Positions 1 to 8,537 of a stretch of DNA of 36,343 bases are shown here, piece after piece. Location: positions 1-36,343 of the forward strand of contig QHTZ01000076.1 in the NCBI GenBank assembly GCA_003221005.1, written 5' to 3'. Every line of letters starts with the position of its first letter. The first letter of the stretch is position 1. The translations under genes were made by a program, and so were the position numbers. A model generated the notes under the pieces. The model worked only from the letters and a program-made list of their open reading frames with translations. It was not told the DNA's origin and did no database searches. This DNA comes from Gemmatimonadota bacterium. GTDB taxonomy: Bacteria; Gemmatimonadota; Gemmatimonadetes; Gemmatimonadales; GWC2-71-9.

Positions 1-418
1 AAGCGCGCTGCGCCGCTTCGTACCAAGACCGCGCTTGGAGCGGCCGTCCCACGTGCTGTTCCGCGTGGCCGGCACGCAGCAAAGCCGCCACCACTTCGCC
101 CCCGTCGCCACGTTGCTGCGCTTCGAGGGCCTGCACGTACGCCCGATAGAGGACCTGGAGGTGCTCGGTGACCTGGTGGAACGCCTGCGGCATGCGGCGC
201 GTCAGCTCTTCAGGCTGCACGCCGCGCTTGCCGATGGTGAGATACGGGCCGGAGCTGGACCACAGCGCGCGCTCATCGGGGCGGGAGATGGAGACGAGGA
301 GCGCGCGCAAAGGTGCAACCACCTCGAGATCGGGGAGCAGCTCCAGCGCCTTGTCGACGCGCACCGGGACCGGAGCGGGCGAGGGGGAGGGCGAGGGGGA
401 GGAGCGGCCCGGGCTCAC
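1..418 (-). CDS. Truncated hypothetical protein (runs off window start), helical, possibly TPR-like
   Basis: Not in the ORF track. Its GTG at 418 overlaps the TGA of the upstream EBP gene (GTGA). The frame is open to the window edge: VSPGRSSPSPSPSPAPVPVRVDKALELLPDLEVVAPLRALL...VVAALLRAGHAEQHVGRPLQARSWYEAAQRA. Confidence 0.7.
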   Translation of the reverse strand, partial: MSPGRSSPSPSPSPAPVPVRVDKALELLPDLEVVAPLRALLVSISRPDERALWSSSGPYLTIGKRGVQPEELTRRMPQAFHQVTEHLQVLYRAYVQALEAQQRGDGGEVVAALLRAGHAEQHVGRPLQARSWYEAAQRA

Positions 419-1809
419 AACCCGTACTCCTTCATTTTCCGCGTCAGCGTGTTGCGGTGGATGCCGAGGATCTCCGCCGCGGCGCCGATCTGCCCGTTGG
501 TGTGCGCGAGTACACGCGCGATGTGGCGCGCTTCGAGCTCGGCCAGCGTGAGCAGGGCGCCCTGAGGCCGCTCGCCGAGCGTCGCCTCCTCGCCCCGGAA
601 TTCGTCGGGCAGGTGCTCCGCCCGCAGTACGTCGCCCGTCGCAACGATGACGGCCCGCTCGAGCACGTTGCGGAGCTCGCGCACGTTCCCCACCCAGGCG
701 TGGTTGCGGAGCAGGTCCAGCGCCCGGTCCGACATCGCCTGAATGCGCTTGCCGTAGCGCTCGGCGAACTGGCGGACGAAGTAGGCTGTGAGGAGCACCA
801 GATCGTCGCCCCGCTCGGCGAGGGTCGGAAGCCGGATGGTCACCACCGCGAGCCGGTAGTAGAGGTCCTCGCGGAACCGCCCTTGGGCGATCGCCTCCTT
901 GAGGTCGCGGTTCGTCGCGGCGATCAGGCGCACGTCCACGGGGATCGGCTCCCCGCCGCCGACCCGTTCGATCTCGCGCTCCTGGACGGCGCGGAGGATC
1001 TTGGCCTGGAGCGCGAGACTCATGTCCGCCACTTCGTCCAGGAACAGCGTGCCGCCGACAGCGTGCTCGAACCGTCCGATCTTGCGCGTGACGGCGCCGG
1101 TGAACGCCCCCTTTTCATGGCCGAACAGCTCGCTCTCCAGCAGGTTCTCCGGGATCGCGGCGCAGTTTACCGCGACGAACGGCGCCGTCGAGTGGGGGCC
1201 ATCCAGATGGATCGCGCGGGCGACGACCTCCTTCCCGGTGCCCGACTCACCCTGAATCAGCACCGTGGCGGCGCTCGGCCCCACGCGGGCCATGAGCTTG
1301 TAGACCTCCAGCATCGTGGGACTCTGACCCACGAGGGCGTATTGACCGACGGCGTGGTGCTCGACCGAGGGCAGCGGGACCGGGACCTCGACGGCGGCGG
1401 AGCGCACGCGCGCCAGGGCGCCGAGGAAGTCGTCCTTGCGGAGGGGCAGGGTCAGGAGGTCCAGCACGCCGAGGCTCTCGGCGCGCAACACCAGGCCCAT
1501 CGACGGATTGTCGGTCGCCGCGATCAGCCGGGGCGCGCCGCTCGCCCCGTGCAGCGCATCCACCCACCAGGCAAGATCGTCGTCTGCCCGCTCGCTCAAG
1601 ACGGCCACCACCAGGTCCCAGCGTTCGGCCGCGAGCTTGCGCACGGCCCGGGGTAGATCGGGCGCGCCCTCGACCTGGAGCGCCGCGTCCTCGGCCCACT
1701 GGCGCAGGCTCTGGACGACGCCTTCGTTCTCCTCACCGGCGACGACGAGAATCCGCACCCGCGACGAGTCCCCCTTCCGCGACGGAGCGGGGGGCGGGGA
1801 CGATTCCAT
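415..1809 (-). CDS. Sigma54-dependent enhancer-binding protein (pseudo-REC + AAA+ + Fis HTH)
   Basis: Walker A GESGTGKE, GAFTGA, LFLDEV, GRFREDLYYRL, WVGNVREL and C-terminal AAEILGIHRNTL. The N-terminal REC-like domain lacks the key Asp and Lys. Start is ATG 1809 or GTG 1815. Confidence 0.95.
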   Translation of the reverse strand: MESSPPPAPSRKGDSSRVRILVVAGEENEGVVQSLRQWAEDAALQVEGAPDLPRAVRKLAAERWDLVVAVLSERADDDLAWWVDALHGASGAPRLIAATDNPSMGLVLRAESLGVLDLLTLPLRKDDFLGALARVRSAAVEVPVPLPSVEHHAVGQYALVGQSPTMLEVYKLMARVGPSAATVLIQGESGTGKEVVARAIHLDGPHSTAPFVAVNCAAIPENLLESELFGHEKGAFTGAVTRKIGRFEHAVGGTLFLDEVADMSLALQAKILRAVQEREIERVGGGEPIPVDVRLIAATNRDLKEAIAQGRFREDLYYRLAVVTIRLPTLAERGDDLVLLTAYFVRQFAERYGKRIQAMSDRALDLLRNHAWVGNVRELRNVLERAVIVATGDVLRAEHLPDEFRGEEATLGERPQGALLTLAELEARHIARVLAHTNGQIGAAAEILGIHRNTLTRKMKEYGL

Positions 1810-1823
1810 TGACACCGGCGGTC

Positions 1824-2438
1824 TCAGGCGCCGCCTCCCGCGTCGCCCAGATACCGCGCTACCAGCACGAGCGCATCATCCGTACCCTTCGCATAGCGTG
1901 CGAGGATCTGGTCGGCGAGCTGCTGCGGCGTCGCATCGGACGCGATGCTCTCGGCGAACCCGCTCCTGATCCCGTCGGAGGCGAAGATGAGCGTATCGCC
2001 CGGCGTGAGACGGACGTGGTGCGCGTTGAGCGGGGGCAGCTCGGAGCCCACGATGCCGCCCGGCGTGACCAAGGCGGTCCGCCTAGGTCGCTCCGCGCGA
2101 TCGCCGTGGAGCAGCACACCCTCCACGTTGCCGACCCCGAGCCACGTCAGGGAGCGGTGCGCAAAACTGAGGAACGCGAGGCTCATCACTACCCCGCGCG
2201 TGCCGATCAACGCCTGGTGACACGCCTTCACCAGCGGCACCAGGGATTCGTCCGCCTGGCGGTCGAGCACGGCCACCGCAGCCCGGGCGGCGGTCGCGGC
2301 CTCGGCGCCGTGGCCGAGGCCGTCCACCACACCCAGAAGCACGCCTGTCGCCACGGGCTTTACCAAAGAGAGGTCACCCGACTCGCCAGCCAGCGCCGAC
2401 GTGGCGACGCCCCAGTCGATCACGGCGGTCGTGGTCAT
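1824..2438 (-). CDS. rsbX: RsbX-like PP2C/SpoIIE serine phosphatase
   Basis: SGD, VVDGLGHG, FASDG and TDD motifs; directly follows rsbT. Confidence 0.85.
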   Translation of the reverse strand: MTTTAVIDWGVATSALAGESGDLSLVKPVATGVLLGVVDGLGHGAEAATAARAAVAVLDRQADESLVPLVKACHQALIGTRGVVMSLAFLSFAHRSLTWLGVGNVEGVLLHGDRAERPRRTALVTPGGIVGSELPPLNAHHVRLTPGDTLIFASDGIRSGFAESIASDATPQQLADQILARYAKGTDDALVLVARYLGDAGGGA

Positions 2439-2445
2439 AGGCCCC

Positions 2446-2868
2446 TCAACCGAGCCGGCGCCATTTCTTCATGGTGACGGTCGTGCCCTGGCCCACCGCC
2501 GACGTGAGCTCGAACTCGTCCATGAGTCGCTTGGCGCCGGGGAGCCCGAGCCCGAGCCCGCCCGAAGTGGAATAGCCGTCCTGCAGCGCGCGCGCGATGT
2601 CGCGGATCCCGGGACCCTGATCGCGCGCGATCACGACCACGCCCTGCCGGTCGCCGTTCGCGACGACGCTGAGGACGATCTCTCCCCGCTTAGCGTACAT
2701 CAGGATATTGCGAGCGATCTCTGAGATGGCGGCAGCGATGACGGTCTGATCGCCGCTCGTGAACCCGGCGTTGGCCGCCACCTCCCGGCCCTGCTGGCGG
2801 GCCTGGACGACGTCCACGTCCGCCGCGATTGGGAGGCGCAACTCGTCAGCCACGGTCGATGCGTCCAC
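2446..2868 (-). CDS. rsbT: RsbT switch serine/threonine kinase
   Basis: ISEIARNILMYA, DQGPGI, GYST, GLGLGLPGAKRLMDEF and GTTVTMKKW; overlaps the end of rsbS. Confidence 0.93.
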   Translation of the reverse strand: MDASTVADELRLPIAADVDVVQARQQGREVAANAGFTSGDQTVIAAAISEIARNILMYAKRGEIVLSVVANGDRQGVVVIARDQGPGIRDIARALQDGYSTSGGLGLGLPGAKRLMDEFELTSAVGQGTTVTMKKWRRLG

Positions 2869-3247
2869 CTGGCGGACGGCGGTCCTCGAGCCGCCCCTCC
2901 CCCTGCTGATTGAGGAACGCCAATCCTTCTTCCAGGTCGAGCGCGGTCGCGACGCCCTTGAGCGTCAGACCGAGCTGGACCATGGCGAAAGCGACCTCTG
3001 GCTGGATGCCGACGATCACGGTGTCGGCGCCGCGCAGCCGCGCCATGTGAGCGATGTCGCGGAGCGTGCGGACGGCGAAGGAGTCCATCACGTCGAGCGC
3101 CGTGACGTCCACGATCACGCCCCTGGCGCGGAACCGCCCGACCCGCTCGATCAACGCCTCCCGCAGCTGCGAGAGATCGGCGTCCGTCAGCGCCGACTGA
3201 ATGGACGCGATCAGGTAGTGCCCCTGCTTCAGAATCGGAACTTCCAC
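2846..3247 (-). CDS. rsbS: RsbS stressosome antagonist (STAS)
   Basis: VPILK, VIVDVTALDVMDSF (Ser equivalent to B. subtilis S59), VGIQPEVA and TALDLEEG. Confidence 0.93.
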   Translation of the reverse strand: MEVPILKQGHYLIASIQSALTDADLSQLREALIERVGRFRARGVIVDVTALDVMDSFAVRTLRDIAHMARLRGADTVIVGIQPEVAFAMVQLGLTLKGVATALDLEEGLAFLNQQGEGRLEDRRPPGGRIDRG

Positions 3248-3276
3248 CGCGCCCTCCGCTTCCGGAGTGGGGTCAG

Positions 3277-4185
3277 CTACGGTTTGGGAGCCAGGTCTTC
3301 GAGCGGCAGCACCTTGTACCCGAGCAGCCGCTCCGCCTCCTCGATGCCGCCTTGCAGGTCGCCGACCGTCGCCATCTCACTCAGGTCGACGCCGATGGTC
3401 ACCAGCGTCTGCGCAATCTCGGGCGAGAGGCCCGTGACGATGACGGTGGCGCCAAGCAGCCGCGACGCCTCCACGGTTTGGACCAGGTGGTTCGCCACGT
3501 TCGAGTCCATCGCGGCCACGCCGGTGATGTCGATCACGACCACCTTGGCGCGGTTGGTCCGGATGGCGCGCAACAGCTGTTCAGTCAGCTGACGCGCGCG
3601 CTGCGGGTCGATGACGCCGATGATCGGGAGAATGAGCAGGCGCTCGCGCACCTGGAGTACCGGCGTCGACAGCTCGCGGATCGCCTCCTGCTGCTGGCGG
3701 ATGATGCGCTCGCGCTCCTGCACGAAGCCGACCGCCACGGTGTTGGCGACACGGTTGGCCGCCGGCTCGTAGGCGTCGAGAATCCGGTTGAGCTTGTCGA
3801 AGTCTTCGTGGTACTTGCCGAACAGCGAGCGGGCCAGCACGTCGCGCAACAACAGCACGATGCCCACCACTTCATGGGTCTCGACGCCCCGCGGGATGAT
3901 GCGCTCCGAAAGGTTCCGCGCGTACGCCTGCAGGGCCTCGAATGTCCCCGTCTCGAGCGCCTCGACGTAGTTGTCGTAGACTGAGGTTGCTTCGGCGAAG
4001 ATTTCCTCTTCCGTCATCGCGGTGAGGAGTTGTGCGCGGGTGATACGGCGCGCCCACTCCTCACGCAGCTGAGTGCGGTTCTGGCGCAGGTGGGCGACCA
4101 GTTCGCGCAGCAGCGCTGCGGTGGACTCCGTATGAGCCAGCGGATCCTGTGGCAGCGGCGGCGCTTCTTTGGCTTTGGTGGCCAT
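3277..4185 (-). CDS. rsbR: RsbR stressosome co-antagonist (helical N-terminal sensor + STAS)
   Basis: QQQEAIRELSTPV linker, ILPIIGVID, VIDITGV and TGLSPEIAQTLV; first gene of the rsbRSTX operon. Confidence 0.93.
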   Translation of the reverse strand: MATKAKEAPPLPQDPLAHTESTAALLRELVAHLRQNRTQLREEWARRITRAQLLTAMTEEEIFAEATSVYDNYVEALETGTFEALQAYARNLSERIIPRGVETHEVVGIVLLLRDVLARSLFGKYHEDFDKLNRILDAYEPAANRVANTVAVGFVQERERIIRQQQEAIRELSTPVLQVRERLLILPIIGVIDPQRARQLTEQLLRAIRTNRAKVVVIDITGVAAMDSNVANHLVQTVEASRLLGATVIVTGLSPEIAQTLVTIGVDLSEMATVGDLQGGIEEAERLLGYKVLPLEDLAPKP

Positions 4186-4228
4186 GGCTGGCGGTCCTCG
4201 CCTGGTCGAATGTTGCTAGCACGCAACA

Positions 4229-4243
4229 GCAAGGCTAGTGCCA
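4229..4243 (-). promoter_or_regulatory. Sigma54 -24/-12 promoter for rsbRSTX-EBP
   Basis: Minus strand TGGCAC-TAGCC-TTGC, an exact consensus match 44 nt upstream of the rsbR ATG. Confidence 0.85.
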
Positions 4244-4268
4244 CTTGGCGACCCCCATCCCAGCGGGC

Positions 4269-4294
4269 GTAAGCAACTTATTCACAAGATGTTA
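4269..4294. promoter_or_regulatory. AT-rich IHF-like box
   Basis: GTAAGCAACTTATTCACAAGATGTTA lies 25 nt upstream of the -24 box and matches 19054-19079 at 18/26 positions. Confidence 0.5.
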
Positions 4295-4365
4295 TGGTTA
4301 AGAGCGGAACTGTCCGGAAGCCACCGTGCAGCGGATTGTGGCAGCAGCAGAGTTTGCGGGGCACC

Positions 4366-4487
4366 AAAAAAGGGCGCGGGGAGTTCGGGCACCATCGGAG
4401 TTCCGTCGGTGTGGCGCTGGAGCAGCGACGGAACGCAATCCACGAATGGTCAGCTCAAAGTCAGCCCGTACTCCCCGGCTATGCCCT
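4366..4487 (-). ncRNA. Structured RNA element, copy 1 (ends in U6 tract)
   Basis: Nested stems AGGGC/GCCCU, CGGGGAGU/ACUCCCCG, CGGGC/GCCCG, ACCAU/AUGGU and GUUCCGUCG/CGACGGAAC, followed by a U tract; near-identical to 6942-7054. Confidence 0.65.
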
Positions 4488-4506
4488 GCTGCTCTCCACT
4501 AAGGCC

Positions 4507-5178
4507 TCATAGGCTCGCGGCGCTCTGCGCCGTACCTACCACGATGTCGCCCGTGGGAGTGCCAAGGGGGCCGATGAGGTACACGTGAATCATGTTCACG
4601 GTCAGGCCGGTGCTGTGCACGCCGTCGCCGGTCGGAATCTGCTCGTTCAGCACCACATATCCCACGCCCGGCAGATTCACTTGGGTGTTCGGCGTGGGCG
4701 CTTCGTCGCCGTAGCTCGCGCCGTTGACCACCAGTCCCACGAGCGTCGAGCCGTCCGATTCGCTGGTCGCCCCGACGCCGTTCGCGTAGCTCGTCGCCAC
4801 CGCCAGCACTGCCCGGGCCGTGATCAATCCGTTCAGCACGCTCACGTTGGCGGCTTCGGCGGTCGTCGTTGCGGAAACGAGCGTCTGGTCGAGCTGGCCC
4901 GTCGTGATGGACGCAAGGCCATCCGCGGAGAGCGTGCTCGGCACCGCGACGGTGGCCAGCTCGGAGTCCGCCATTCCCCCGGAGCTCGGCAACGCGGCGA
5001 TCGCGAATTGCTGTGCGCCGCTCGTCGTGGTCACAGCCGCGGCGGCCCCCTGCCCCGATACGCTGCCGGACTGCCCCTCGGAGCGGACGGGCGCCAACGC
5101 GAAACCACTCACGACGACGAGCACGCTTAGCGTCGAGAGCCATCGCGCCACTGCGACTGGGATCGTTGTTCCGGTCAT
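4507..5178 (-). CDS. Secreted choice-of-anchor P-like protein, no anchor, copy 1
   Basis: Sec signal peptide, then LNGLITA and PNTQVNLPGVGYVVLNEQ...GLTVNMIHV. Paralog of 7108-7797. Family name is from recalled motif similarity. Confidence 0.75.
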   Translation of the reverse strand: MTGTTIPVAVARWLSTLSVLVVVSGFALAPVRSEGQSGSVSGQGAAAAVTTTSGAQQFAIAALPSSGGMADSELATVAVPSTLSADGLASITTGQLDQTLVSATTTAEAANVSVLNGLITARAVLAVATSYANGVGATSESDGSTLVGLVVNGASYGDEAPTPNTQVNLPGVGYVVLNEQIPTGDGVHSTGLTVNMIHVYLIGPLGTPTGDIVVGTAQSAASL

Positions 5179-5188
5179 AGGCTATCGC

Positions 5189-6712
5189 TCACTTGCTCTT
5201 GTGGAGCTGAATGTTGCCTCCACTGAGGTACCCGGACGCGTGGTAGTCGGCGATCGTGACGTCGATGTAATCCCTGCCGCGACCGGGCTCTCCGTTGTCG
5301 CACGCCGCATTCATCGTAAATGAGTACGTGCCGCTCGCCGAGGGTACGTCTTTGTCCTTGAGCATGCCGGTGCCGGACCAGGTCCGGCAGCTGGGCTGGC
5401 CTGAGACGAGGCTGTAGCTGCCCGGGGTGATCGTGCCCTTGAACGTGAAGTCGCCATACGCGCACGTCGCAGACCCCGAGTCCACGCCGTCCAGGCAATG
5501 CTGCACCCACTCAAACTTGCCTCCCGTCGGCTTAGCCTCGAAGCCGAAGGTTGCGAAATCGCGTTTGTCACCGAGCTTCCCGCCACCCGTCATCTTGCCG
5601 CTGGCCGCGACCGCGACGCAGCTCACCGCAAACGACGCCGTGGCCGTGCCACCTGAGGGCACCGTGACCGACTGCGGGTTGGGGTCGCTCACCGTGCAGT
5701 TCGCCGCCACGTCCGAGAGCATGACGCTATGGCTGCCCGCCGCGAGCGCGGAGAAGGTGACACTGCCGTTCGTCGCGATCGTCTGACTCTGGCTCTCGTC
5801 CACCGTGACGGTGTAGCCGTCGGCATCGAGATTCGAGCCGGTCGTGGTCGTCGTCACTGTCAGGTCGCCGGTCGCGGGCCCCGCCGGGTTGAGCGAGAAC
5901 ACGCTGGCAAGCCAGGTGCTCGGCGTGGTGAAGATCCAGTTCCACCGCGGCTCGACCGTGCCCGCGGTGGCCTGCGTAGCCGTGTCCGCCTCGTCGACGA
6001 GAAACGCATCGGACTGCTCGACGAAGACCCCAAAGCCCGGGGGCGGATCGCGACCGACCACGCTGTTCGAACTGGTGATGGCAAAGGCGAGCGCGCCGGC
6101 CTCGACCGCAACCGGGCCGGGATCGGCGACGGTGGGATACGAGGAGCCGGTGCCCGAGGCCGAGCGGTGCTCGCCGAGTGCCCCCGCCAGTGTCGGGTCG
6201 ACGCCGGTCCACGCTGAGATCATCACCCCGCCATCCTCCACCGGCAGCGCGAGGTTCGCCTGCACCGCCAGCACGTGCGCATCATCCGTGTTCGGGTCGG
6301 GAAAGCCCTGCACGTTGGTGGCGACGTACGTCGCCATCGAGATGAGGCCGTCCGACACAAACTCGACCAGCGTGTACGTGTTGCCGACGGGCGTCTGCTC
6401 CGCGTTGGTCAGTCGGTCCGTCACCGAGGTGATGATGTTCGTGTGCATCAGCGTGGGATCGATCCACAAGAAGGTCGCCACGATGGCGTCCCCCACGTGC
6501 GGGTTCGTCGGGTTGAACCCCTTCACGAGCACGTCGCCCTGCTCGTTGAACGACCCGTTCACCTGATCGAGGACGATTCCGCTCCCCGTTGCGTCGAACG
6601 TCGGGGCCGCGAGGCCACGCCGCTCGGGACCGATAGACTCGGTACAGCCCACGGCGAAGAGCGCGGCCGCCACGAGCACCTGAACGCCACGGATCGTTGT
6701 TTCCCTGCGCAT
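5189..6712 (-). CDS. Multidomain lipoprotein (507 aa) with Ig-like repeat and C-terminal post-COAP-1-like domain
   Basis: ATG 6712 with GAGG RBS, lipobox AVG-C, TGDLTVTTTTTGSNLDADGYTVTVD repeat, and C-terminal GKMTGGG..ATFGF..DNGEPG..LSGGNIQLH. Confidence 0.8.
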   Translation of the reverse strand: MRRETTIRGVQVLVAAALFAVGCTESIGPERRGLAAPTFDATGSGIVLDQVNGSFNEQGDVLVKGFNPTNPHVGDAIVATFLWIDPTLMHTNIITSVTDRLTNAEQTPVGNTYTLVEFVSDGLISMATYVATNVQGFPDPNTDDAHVLAVQANLALPVEDGGVMISAWTGVDPTLAGALGEHRSASGTGSSYPTVADPGPVAVEAGALAFAITSSNSVVGRDPPPGFGVFVEQSDAFLVDEADTATQATAGTVEPRWNWIFTTPSTWLASVFSLNPAGPATGDLTVTTTTTGSNLDADGYTVTVDESQSQTIATNGSVTFSALAAGSHSVMLSDVAANCTVSDPNPQSVTVPSGGTATASFAVSCVAVAASGKMTGGGKLGDKRDFATFGFEAKPTGGKFEWVQHCLDGVDSGSATCAYGDFTFKGTITPGSYSLVSGQPSCRTWSGTGMLKDKDVPSASGTYSFTMNAACDNGEPGRGRDYIDVTIADYHASGYLSGGNIQLHKSK

Positions 6713-6758
6713 CAAATGCCACCTCTGTGTCGGGCGCGGACCCTCATCGTGCTGCAAC

Positions 6759-6773
6759 GCAATCACGGTGCCA
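6759..6773 (-). promoter_or_regulatory. Sigma54 -24/-12 promoter
   Basis: Minus strand (TT)TGGCAC-CGTGA-TTGC, an exact consensus match 47 nt upstream of ATG 6712. Confidence 0.85.
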
Positions 6774-6894
6774 AAACGCCACGCCCCACAGTGTGGCGGC
6801 GGTGCGGCGATCGAGCGGCGCCAATCTCGTGCCGGGCGAATGGTGACCTGTCGCGAGTCGATGCGCGCGCGCCTGCGGTGTGGCGTGCACGTCG

Positions 6895-6929
6895 AAAACG
6901 AAAACGACCCGGTATGAACTGGGTCGTTC
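6895..6929 (-). terminator. Intrinsic terminator after RNA copy 2
   Basis: Minus strand AACGACCC-loop-GGGUCGUU followed by UUCGUUUU. Confidence 0.65.
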
Positions 6930-6941
6930 GCGTCCTGCCAA

Positions 6942-7054
6942 GCAGTGCGGGGAGCCGGGCTTACCTTCGGGGTCCCGCCGGTGTGCGCTGGAGCAGCGGC
7001 GGAACGCAATCCACGAATGGTCAACTCAAGTCAGCCCGTACTCCCCGACTATGC
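6942..7054 (-). ncRNA. Structured RNA element, copy 2
   Basis: Same nested stems as copy 1, with a compensatory U-A to C-G change and a U-A to U-G wobble in GUUCCGCCG/CGGCGGGAC. Confidence 0.65.
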
Positions 7055-7107
7055 GACTATGTCTCGCCCTTCTGCTCTACTGCCAGACTCGTGCCACCCG
7101 GTGCGGC

Positions 7108-7797
7108 TCAAGGCCCCACAGAGCTCGACGCCGACCCGACGATGATCTCACCGGTCGTCGTCGCGCCACCCAACAGACCCCCAGCGCTCTGCAGGTAGAC
7201 GTGAATCATGTTCACCGTCATGCCACTGCTCGTCACACCGTCGCCCGAGGGAATCTGCTCGTTCAACACGACATAGCCGACTCCCGGGAGATCCATATTG
7301 GTGTTGGGAGCGACCACGTCATCGCCCCACGTGACCGGCACGCCCGCTACCACGAGGTTCTGGAACGTGGAGCCGTCGGCGTTGCTGGCGGCGCCACTCG
7401 CGGTGCTCCTGCTCATGACGTTGGCAATCACCTCGTCCGCCGTGATCAGCCCGTTCAGGATGTTGATGTGCGCGGCGCTCGCTGTGCTCTGTGCACCCGA
7501 TTCTGTAGTCCCGATTTCGCCCGACGTGATGCTATTGAGGAAATCGGACGACAGGGCGTCCGGTACACTGAGCGCACTGCCTTGGGCGTCCGCTTCGGCG
7601 CCGTCGGTCCCCGAGACGGCCGGCAAGACCGCGAGCGGCGCCTGACCACTGGAAGCGGCGGGCGTGTTCACATACGTGCTGTACGCCTGGCCGGCCACCG
7701 ATTGGGCAACGCTCGCCCCCATGAACCCAGCGGTCAGCCCGACGACGAGACCGAAGGCCGCGAGGCAGTTCACCCAATGCATTCTCATGCTGTTCAT
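7108..7797 (-). CDS. Secreted choice-of-anchor P-like protein, no anchor, copy 2
   Basis: GGAG RBS, signal peptide ending ASVA-Q, then LNGLITA and PNTNMDLPGVGYVVLNEQ...GMTVNMIHV. Confidence 0.78.
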   Translation of the reverse strand: MNSMRMHWVNCLAAFGLVVGLTAGFMGASVAQSVAGQAYSTYVNTPAASSGQAPLAVLPAVSGTDGAEADAQGSALSVPDALSSDFLNSITSGEIGTTESGAQSTASAAHINILNGLITADEVIANVMSRSTASGAASNADGSTFQNLVVAGVPVTWGDDVVAPNTNMDLPGVGYVVLNEQIPSGDGVTSSGMTVNMIHVYLQSAGGLLGGATTTGEIIVGSASSSVGP

Positions 7798-7851
7798 CAG
7801 TCACTCCTTCCTTGATCCGCAGTCCTAATGAGCCTGGATGTCATTGCCCGT

Positions 7852-8478
7852 TCACGACCCGTGATCGACGATGTTGCCGCCCGTCAAGTACGTGAGGTCC
7901 GTGTCCCCATATCCGGTGCTGATCCAGCGCATCGCATCGGTTCGGCTGTTCTGCGGCGCGCCACGATCGTTGTCGCACAGCTCCATCTGCACCTGGTCCG
8001 TGCCCTTGTTCCCGTCGACGCGCGCCGTGATGGGGTCCACACCGACCAGGAGACACGCGCCTCTGCCTGACGCGTCCGGGTCAATGAGCTCGGCGAACAC
8101 GGTCTCACCGTAGGCATCCTGCCCGTTGTGGATGGACACGTGCCAACTGGTGTGCGATGGGTGATGGTTGACTTCGATCTCGCCTTTGGTCACGATGCAT
8201 CGCCCGTCACCATCCGATCCGAGAAAGACATTGAACCCGAACGTGACCTTCCCTTCCAGCGTGCTCGTTCCAGTTGCGCCATCGTCGAAGTCTGGGTTGG
8301 GAGGGTCCATGCGGCCACCGCCGGTCCACTTCCCGGTGGGGCATTCTTCTACGCCGCCCCAAAAGCTCGGGCGGTGTGGTGCCATGTTGAGGTTCGTCTG
8401 ATCGCTGCAGGCCGCAGCTACCAGCGCGGCCGCGAGGAGACTCGGCCAGACGATGACGTTTCTCTGTTCTCGCATCAT
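7852..8478 (-). CDS. Lipoprotein with post-COAP-1-like domain
   Basis: Start ATG 8478 or 8475, lipobox AAA-C, and GKWTGGG..KVTFGF..LCDND..YLTGGNIVDH, homologous to the C-terminus of 5189-6712. Confidence 0.78.
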   Translation of the reverse strand: MMREQRNVIVWPSLLAAALVAAACSDQTNLNMAPHRPSFWGGVEECPTGKWTGGGRMDPPNPDFDDGATGTSTLEGKVTFGFNVFLGSDGDGRCIVTKGEIEVNHHPSHTSWHVSIHNGQDAYGETVFAELIDPDASGRGACLLVGVDPITARVDGNKGTDQVQMELCDNDRGAPQNSRTDAMRWISTGYGDTDLTYLTGGNIVDHGS

Positions 8479-8537
8479 GTGCGTTCTGCCCTCCTGCCCG
8501 GAGCGTTGGTGCGTTGACTTCCCGGGCACGCAGATGG

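Noticed and set aside
377-402. GGGCGAGGGGGA tandem repeat
   Set aside because: It encodes a low-complexity PSPSPS linker in the truncated minus-strand CDS.
4377-4477. RNA element as yybP-ykoY, c-di-GMP-I riboswitch, SRP RNA, tRNA or CRISPR repeat
   Set aside because: Only short word matches (GGGGAGUA, ACGCAA). There are no matching cores, no cloverleaf, and only two copies 2.5 kb apart.
6713-7024. Upstream extensions of ORFs 5189-7024, 7852-8556, 9965-11053 and 19860-21950
   Set aside because: They run through promoters, RNA elements or other genes. Downstream starts give proper RBS, signal peptides or coupling.
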